Of a DNA stretch of 64,000 nt, positions 58,600 to 64,000 are shown one piece after another. The number at the start of each line of letters is the position of its first letter. The first letter of the stretch is position 1. The stretch comes from Butyrivibrio sp. (GTDB taxonomy: Bacteria > Bacillota > Clostridia > Lachnospirales > Lachnospiraceae): the NCBI GenBank assembly GCA_017634825.1, contig JAGBMP010000064.1, positions 10,332 through 74,331 on the forward strand, given 5' to 3'. A program made the translations under genes and the position numbers. Below the pieces are notes generated by a model that was given only the letters and a program-made list of their open reading frames with translations, made no database searches and had not been told where the DNA came from.

Positions 58600-60432
58600 A
58601 TGCCAAGAACCTACATAAACGTTGATGGACAAGGGAATTATAAATTTAATGCAAAAGCTTCAGATGTCTATGGCAAAGCGGAAGCCGTTGCACTTGGAAA
58701 TACCGATTAGGATGCCATCAATAATCCCCTCACAGCCTTTAACTTTGTACTGGAAGTGGAGCTGTTATACTTCCTGCCCTTAAAGAGCATCAGAGCATTC
58801 ACTAAAGAGAATGAGTATGAGTACATAAGAGAGGGCGGTGTCAATGATTATGTTCACATGAAGAGAAAACCCATATCAAAGCCTTTTACTTTTCAGGTGG
58901 AGAGGTATATTGGTACGGAGCGTTTCCTTGATCCTCTGGCCACGGGAACTGAACTCATCGCACCTCTTTTTCTGTACATTTACAGACACAAAGCTATAGG
59001 TGGATTTAACGATTCTGCCCCCAAAAATCCGGCCCGTGTCTATATTTTTACGGGCTGTACAGTCATGGGCAAGGAGTATGGAGAGCTGAATGCAGAAAAG
59101 AGTGGTCTGCTTACCGAGACTACAACCATCGCCTACAGAGAGCTTATAGTTGTTCCTAATCCAACCCAGTCTGCCTCTGAACTTGAGGAGTGGAAGTTTA
59201 AGGGTGAAAACGATGCGGCTGCGACCGGTAACGTTAAGCCCAAATATGCAGCATACAATCCCAATGATGATATTGAAAAATCCTTGGATTATGAAAAGAA
59301 AAATGGTGTCATAAATCGTAAAGAAAAGTCACCGGGCAATAGACCGGCGAATTTTTGGACTAAAGAAAATAAGAATAATTATAAACCAAAGTATGCAAAT
59401 CATGACAGAACCCAAAAAGAATATCCGGAGGATAATATTTATAAAAAAGAAGAAAAGAATGGAAAAACCATCATTACCAGAAACGATGGTGAAGCTAAGG
59501 CGCCTAATCTGCTTACAGAGGATAACAAAAATAATTATATGCCTGTACATGTAAGAAATTCAGAAGCAATAAAGAATGATAAGACTTACAGTAAGTCCAC
59601 TGATACGCATGGCGTCTCTACAATAACCAGGACTGACAAGTTTGCCAAGGCGCCTAACGTGCTTACAAAGGACGGTTATGAGCCTAAGTATGTAAGTAAT
59701 GCTGAGGCAATAAAAAATGACAAGACTTATACAAAAGATTTCATGCAAAATGGTAATCCAACTATCATAAGGGTTGATGAAGCCGATAATAACAAGGCGC
59801 CAAATCTGCTCACATATGATAACCAAACTACTTACCAGCCTAAATGGGTAAGAAATAGTGAAGCAATACAGAATGACAATACTTATAAGAAGATCACTGA
59901 TATGCATGGCAATCCTACAGTATTCAGGGCCGACGCCGGTGATGCAAAGAATACACTTAACAAGCCTCAGTATGAGATGAGTGTTGATAAAGGTAACACC
60001 AAGTACGCAAAAAAACCTGAAAATGATTCGGCTAAGCCCAAGCAGGTAGGACCTTACAGCTATAAGAAAGACGGCACCAAGAATGTGGCAGCCAAAAAAT
60101 CGCCTAAGGATTCAGATAGGGCAAAGCAGGTTGGGCCTTATAAGTACAGTGACGGCACCAACAATGTAGCAGCAAGGAAGTCTCCCAAGGATTCGGAAAA
60201 GCCCAAGCAGGTAGGGCCATACAAGTATGGAGATGGAACAAGGAATGTAGCAGCCAAGTCCTCGCCTAAGGATTCAGAAAAGCCCAAACAGGTAGGACCT
60301 TACAGCGTAGGTAAGGACGGAACAGGTAACGTGGCAGCCAAGACTTCACCCAGGGATAAAGAGAAGCCTGTTGCGTCAGTCTTTCCGCCTTCAAGAAGGG
60401 CCCTGATGGCAGATGCCCTAAAAAAGACTTAA
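58600..60432 (+). CDS. Second tail tube-like (Afp5-like) protein with long repetitive C-terminal extension; in-frame TAG at 58708
   Basis: SD gaggt and ATG 58600 are in frame with the 58756 ORF. Tube motifs NPLTAFNFVLEVE, YEYIREGGVNDYVH, YGELNAEKSGLLTETTTIAY. Confidence 0.8.
59497..59940 (+). repeat. Intragenic tandem repeat A (about 50 aa x3)
   Basis: KAPN(L/V)LT...Y.P..V.N.EAI.ND.TY.K.....G..T..R.D occurs three times. Confidence 0.85.
60040..60369 (+). repeat. Intragenic tandem repeat B (27-28 aa x4)
   Basis: KQVGPY...DGT.NVAA..SP(K/R)D occurs four times. Confidence 0.9.
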
Positions 60433-60448
60433 GACAAGGAAGTAAGTA

Positions 60449-62344
60449 ATGCTTACAATTTCCGCACCAATTGAGATAAAAGCCAAAACTTCATACATAA
60501 ATGACCCGGAAGCTTTCTATCACAGAATTGTAGCTGGCTACTCCCTGATGGAAACCAAGGTGAATGAAGAGGATCTTCTTCATATCGCCTCAACTCCGCC
60601 GGAGATATACGTATCAGAAGGCGAGGGGATGACCAGTGTCATCAATCAGAACCAACGCAACGAGGTCAATCTTCAGAAGGTAGATATCCTTAACAATGTC
60701 CTTAACAGGATAATAGCTTCCGCTACAGTTGAACTTACTTATCAGGACAGGGTATTTATAACCGATGCCCTCTACAAGCTGGGAGTAAAAGATGACAGAA
60801 AGTTCATGAATGCTTTCTACAGAATGGCTGAGGAGACCCAGAACACCAACACTTTGATAAATCTGTATCTTCAAAGAGGCGGTGAGCTGAGGGAACTGGT
60901 TGAGACCATTGAGGAGAGGCAGAGAGAGATCACAAGGTCAGAAAGTATCCTTCAGGATAAAGAGAATATAAATAATCTCTACAGCACTGTATTTAACAGA
61001 CTTAATACCGGTGAAATCTATCAGATTGTTTCCAACTATAACCGGTCTGTCAGCGAAAATGCTCTTGAGAAGAATGAGTATTCACTCTCGGATCAGACCT
61101 ACACCGCACAGCATATTCTTTTATCTGTGCTCAGGGAAAGGGCAGGGGTTTCCGGTGAGAGCCTCACTTTCCTAAACAGCAATATCTATGAGGAAACAAT
61201 TGAGGATGACAGCAGTGAAGTTACAAATGTAAGAAATGAGTTAACTGCAGCAGTCCTTATGGATATGCTAAAGAACATTTACCACACCTCTTACGATAAG
61301 TTTTATAACAGGAATGAAGCTTTTTACAGTTTTGAGGATACATTCTTTAAATCCTCGGATCAGACTTTCCTTCGTATCATGGGAAAGACCTTTGATGAGT
61401 ACAATATAAATGTGGAGAACACTGAGTATACAACAGAGAACAACAGGCTGACTTCCACAGAGATAGAGCTTCTTGCAGGTAAGGATGAGGGAGAGCTGAC
61501 TGAGGAAGAAGCTCTTAAGATCACAGAGACTGTAAATGAGATAAACATTCAGAATGAGAGGCGCAGACAGGAATACGTAAGGACTTTTGAAGAAGTAAGA
61601 CAGAAGCACGTAGAGCCGGAAAAGAACATCGGAAGCTTTGAACAGACCAAGAAGGATGCAATCCTTGCCCTCTCGGATCCTGAGAAGCTTAAGGAAGAAC
61701 TTGAGGAGAGGGAAGAGAGAAGAGTTAAGAGGCAGAACGACATTATAAGGGAAGTACAGACTCTTTTCCCTGATCAGAGCTCAGAGATATATCAGCTGGT
61801 CAACGAATATTACCAGGGAAATACCAATATCATTGAAAATAACCTGTTAAGACCTGCTGAAGTGGGTGAGCTTATATATGATATAAACCAGACTACAAAC
61901 TATCAGAGCGAAGAAAGAAAGCCGGAGGCGCTAGTCAGGGACAGGGAAGCTCAGGAGTTTCTGGATTCTATCAAGAAGGCCAGGGAAGAGGAAGGACAGA
62001 AAAAGAGATTCAAAGACAGCTTTGAAAATCCTGTGGAAACCATCCACAGAAGGACTGAGACCCTGACTCAGGAAGAGCTTAATGACCAGATCTCACTTCT
62101 TGAAAACAATATAACCAAAAAGATAGACAGAGAAGTAAAGACAGAAACCATAACAGAACAGAATGTCATAAACAACAGGACCATCGAGACAAATGAGACC
62201 ATAAACAGCCAGCTAACCACCTACGACATCGAGAAGATGATCGAAAACGGTGTAAGGAGCCAGATGGGAACAATAAGCAATAAGGTCATCGGTAAGTTAG
62301 AGAGACAGATGAGGAATGAGAAGATAAGAAGGGGTTATCTGTAG
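60449..62344 (+). CDS. CIS-associated helical protein (tape-measure / Afp6-like candidate)
   Basis: E-rich coiled coil; C-terminal ISNKVIGKLERQMRNEKIRRG resembles the ERxRRG end of eCIS proteins found between tube 2 and Afp7. Confidence 0.6.
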   Translation: MLTISAPIEIKAKTSYINDPEAFYHRIVAGYSLMETKVNEEDLLHIASTPPEIYVSEGEGMTSVINQNQRNEVNLQKVDILNNVLNRIIASATVELTYQDRVFITDALYKLGVKDDRKFMNAFYRMAEETQNTNTLINLYLQRGGELRELVETIEERQREITRSESILQDKENINNLYSTVFNRLNTGEIYQIVSNYNRSVSENALEKNEYSLSDQTYTAQHILLSVLRERAGVSGESLTFLNSNIYEETIEDDSSEVTNVRNELTAAVLMDMLKNIYHTSYDKFYNRNEAFYSFEDTFFKSSDQTFLRIMGKTFDEYNINVENTEYTTENNRLTSTEIELLAGKDEGELTEEEALKITETVNEINIQNERRRQEYVRTFEEVRQKHVEPEKNIGSFEQTKKDAILALSDPEKLKEELEEREERRVKRQNDIIREVQTLFPDQSSEIYQLVNEYYQGNTNIIENNLLRPAEVGELIYDINQTTNYQSEERKPEALVRDREAQEFLDSIKKAREEEGQKKRFKDSFENPVETIHRRTETLTQEELNDQISLLENNITKKIDREVKTETITEQNVINNRTIETNETINSQLTTYDIEKMIENGVRSQMGTISNKVIGKLERQMRNEKIRRGYL

Positions 62345-62376
62345 AATAAGGAGATTCCCCGGAAAGGAGGCAGAAG

Positions 62377-63327
62377 ATGGGCGTTTCAGAAAATATAGGC
62401 GGTATGCTGGGAGATCTCGGCACCAGTGCCAAGGGTATGTTATTTGAAGGCGGTGGAGAAAAGGCCCTTTTATATGTCTACCTTGTTGATCTCTTTGACG
62501 ACATAAGTGACGATACGCTTCAGAGCAAAGAGATAGAAGCTTTTAAAAATGAGGAAAAAGCTCTTGAAAAGAAAATAAATGAAAAGCTTGGCATCAAAGA
62601 CACCTTAAAGGCAGGTGGGAAAAGTGTTCTGAAGGGCCTTAAGGATGCTATTACTCCCGGCAGTTTTGATCCGGAGAAGATCGGTGAGCTGACTGAAAAC
62701 AAATTGTTTGTAAAGTTTCCTGTTCAGTACAATCCTCATACCATAAGGCTTACTACCCAGAGCGGCAGACAGGAGAGAAAGATCAAGGAAGATGGTGCCA
62801 ATGACCAGATCAACAAGTTTAAGGTTGGAGAGGGAAAGACAAAGCTCTACATAGATCTGGTTTTTGATGATGTAGATAACATGAATGCATTCATGCTCAA
62901 TGACATTACAAACTTAAATATTACCAATGCTCTTAACAAGGGCTACAGCATGTATAAGCGCAAGGGGAATAACTACACGGTCAGAAAGAAGATGGATGCT
63001 ATAATGTCTCTTTTGTCTTCGGCAGCCACACAGCATGTCATATTCTTCTGGTCAAAGATGTACTTCAGGGGACAGGTTACTGACGTGACCAATAAGTTTA
63101 CAATGTTTAATCCCAAAGGAAACCCCGTAAGGGGCGAGATGCATATAGAGATAACCCAGGATGCCACTCAGCAGGAGGCATTTGGCTATGATGACCATTA
63201 TTGGAAAAAGGCATTTGAAGAATGCTTTAAGGATACCTCCAAGATGGGCGACGGATTTGCGGGCAATCATTCTGCATCTACTCTTCAGAAGGTCCTTAAT
63301 AACAGTTTGATGAATCTTAGCTTTTAG
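62377..63327 (+). CDS. Afp7-like tube initiator / CIS tube-domain protein
   Basis: EKA, FPVQYNP, LVFDD, VIFFWSKMYFRG, FTMFNPKGNPVRG. Confidence 0.8.
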   Translation: MGVSENIGGMLGDLGTSAKGMLFEGGGEKALLYVYLVDLFDDISDDTLQSKEIEAFKNEEKALEKKINEKLGIKDTLKAGGKSVLKGLKDAITPGSFDPEKIGELTENKLFVKFPVQYNPHTIRLTTQSGRQERKIKEDGANDQINKFKVGEGKTKLYIDLVFDDVDNMNAFMLNDITNLNITNALNKGYSMYKRKGNNYTVRKKMDAIMSLLSSAATQHVIFFWSKMYFRGQVTDVTNKFTMFNPKGNPVRGEMHIEITQDATQQEAFGYDDHYWKKAFEECFKDTSKMGDGFAGNHSASTLQKVLNNSLMNLSF

Positions 63328-63348
63328 TTTTTTTAAGGAGATCCACGT

Positions 63349-64000
63349 ATGGGAATTGGAAGTGCATTAGCAAGTGCCGGCAAGGCAGCCGGGAATACTT
63401 TGGCAGATGGTGCCAAGGCAGCACTTGGAATCGTTGAAAAAGCGGTTATTATCATAGCGGACACATCAGAGGTTAAGGTGACCGAGTCCAGTGCACCAAG
63501 CCCAAGCGCAGGAGCAGGGGCCGGCATCCCAAAGGCTCCGTCGATAAAATCATCGGTTGCTGCAAAACAGTTAAAATCCTTTAGTGCCGGGATGATTTCC
63601 GGTATAGCGCAGACGGAAGCGCAGAGGTTGTCCGATAAGCATTATACGGCTATGAACGAAGGACTTATAAAGAAGTACAGGTTTGAAGTCCAATTTAACC
63701 CGGCTGAGATATCCATCGCAGGTTACGGTGGTGAGCGTCTTCCGTTGCAGCATTTTGTAGGCGAAAAAAATGAGGACGGAAGCTCCAAAAATGGCGCGAA
63801 TGCTGCAAAACCGCACCCTAAACCTTCATCCCGTATGGCAGCAGCAGATACTCGTATCAATATGACTTTCAAGGTTGTATTTGACAAGGTTGATCCACAG
63901 GATTCCTTTTACTCAGATAAGTTTACCTTTGGACAGTCCAGTCTTGTACAGGGAGCAGCAAAGGCAATAGCAAAGGGTGCAGGCAAAAAGAACAACTCGG
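63349..64000 (+). CDS. Second Afp7-like protein (3'-truncated by window edge)
   Basis: Not in the ORF track. SD aaggag, ATG 63349, MGIGSALASAG...VEKAVI...FEVQFNPAEISI...INMTFKVVFDK; open to the end of the window. Confidence 0.75.
   Translation, partial: MGIGSALASAGKAAGNTLADGAKAALGIVEKAVIIIADTSEVKVTESSAPSPSAGAGAGIPKAPSIKSSVAAKQLKSFSAGMISGIAQTEAQRLSDKHYTAMNEGLIKKYRFEVQFNPAEISIAGYGGERLPLQHFVGEKNEDGSSKNGANAAKPHPKPSSRMAAADTRINMTFKVVFDKVDPQDSFYSDKFTFGQSSLVQGAAKAIAKGAGKKNNS

Noticed and set aside
59497-60369. CRISPR array or DGR template/variable repeats
   Set aside because: The repeats are degenerate at the DNA level, in frame and conserved as protein. There is no constant repeat-spacer pattern and no cas or reverse transcriptase gene.
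53854-64000. Prophage or PBSX/diffocin-type tailocin
   Set aside because: No capsid, portal, terminase, integrase or lysis genes in view. DUF4255, DUF6760, gp19-like tubes and Afp7-like genes point to the eCIS type.
1-64000. rRNA/tRNA genes, transposases, and the many short overlapping ORFs in the track
   Set aside because: No RNA gene or transposase signatures were recognised. The short ORFs overlap well-supported genes in other frames and lack motifs.

Overview
Chromosomal window of a low-GC Firmicute. Gene content and order suggest Lachnospiraceae (Butyrivibrio-like); this is inferred. Positions 1-40.3 kb are mostly housekeeping: hslO, an MCP, rex-nnr-alr, yebC, an M16 peptidase, era-recO-glyS-alaS, rpsU, scpAB, a Na+-translocating biotin decarboxylase operon, glgX and a two-component system. 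A decayed MNT-HEPN toxin-antitoxin pair and a MITE/REP-like element lie among them. From about 40.5 kb the region is accessory. Two small ORFs missed by the ORF track encode double-glycine-leader peptides, immediately ahead of a membrane HAMP-PP2C (SpoIIE/RsbU-like) sensor phosphatase. A contractile injection system (eCIS/Afp-PVC-like) locus of more than 21 kb follows and runs off the right edge. Its core genes are a DUF4255 cap, a DUF4280 PAAR-like protein, sheath, tube, chaperone plus DUF6760, a second tube and two Afp7-like proteins. They are preceded by an unusual, tightly coupled envelope module: a fibre/adaptor-like protein, a pseudokinase-like membrane protein, a receptor pseudo-cyclase, a MORN-repeat membrane protein, a secreted TolC-like protein and a large secreted protein. 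This hints at a membrane-anchored, T6SS-like CIS in a monoderm. The locus also shows a canonical -1 slippery site joining the chaperone to DUF6760 and an in-frame amber codon in the second tube gene, which carries a long repetitive tail. All family calls come from motif recognition by eye; no searches were run.
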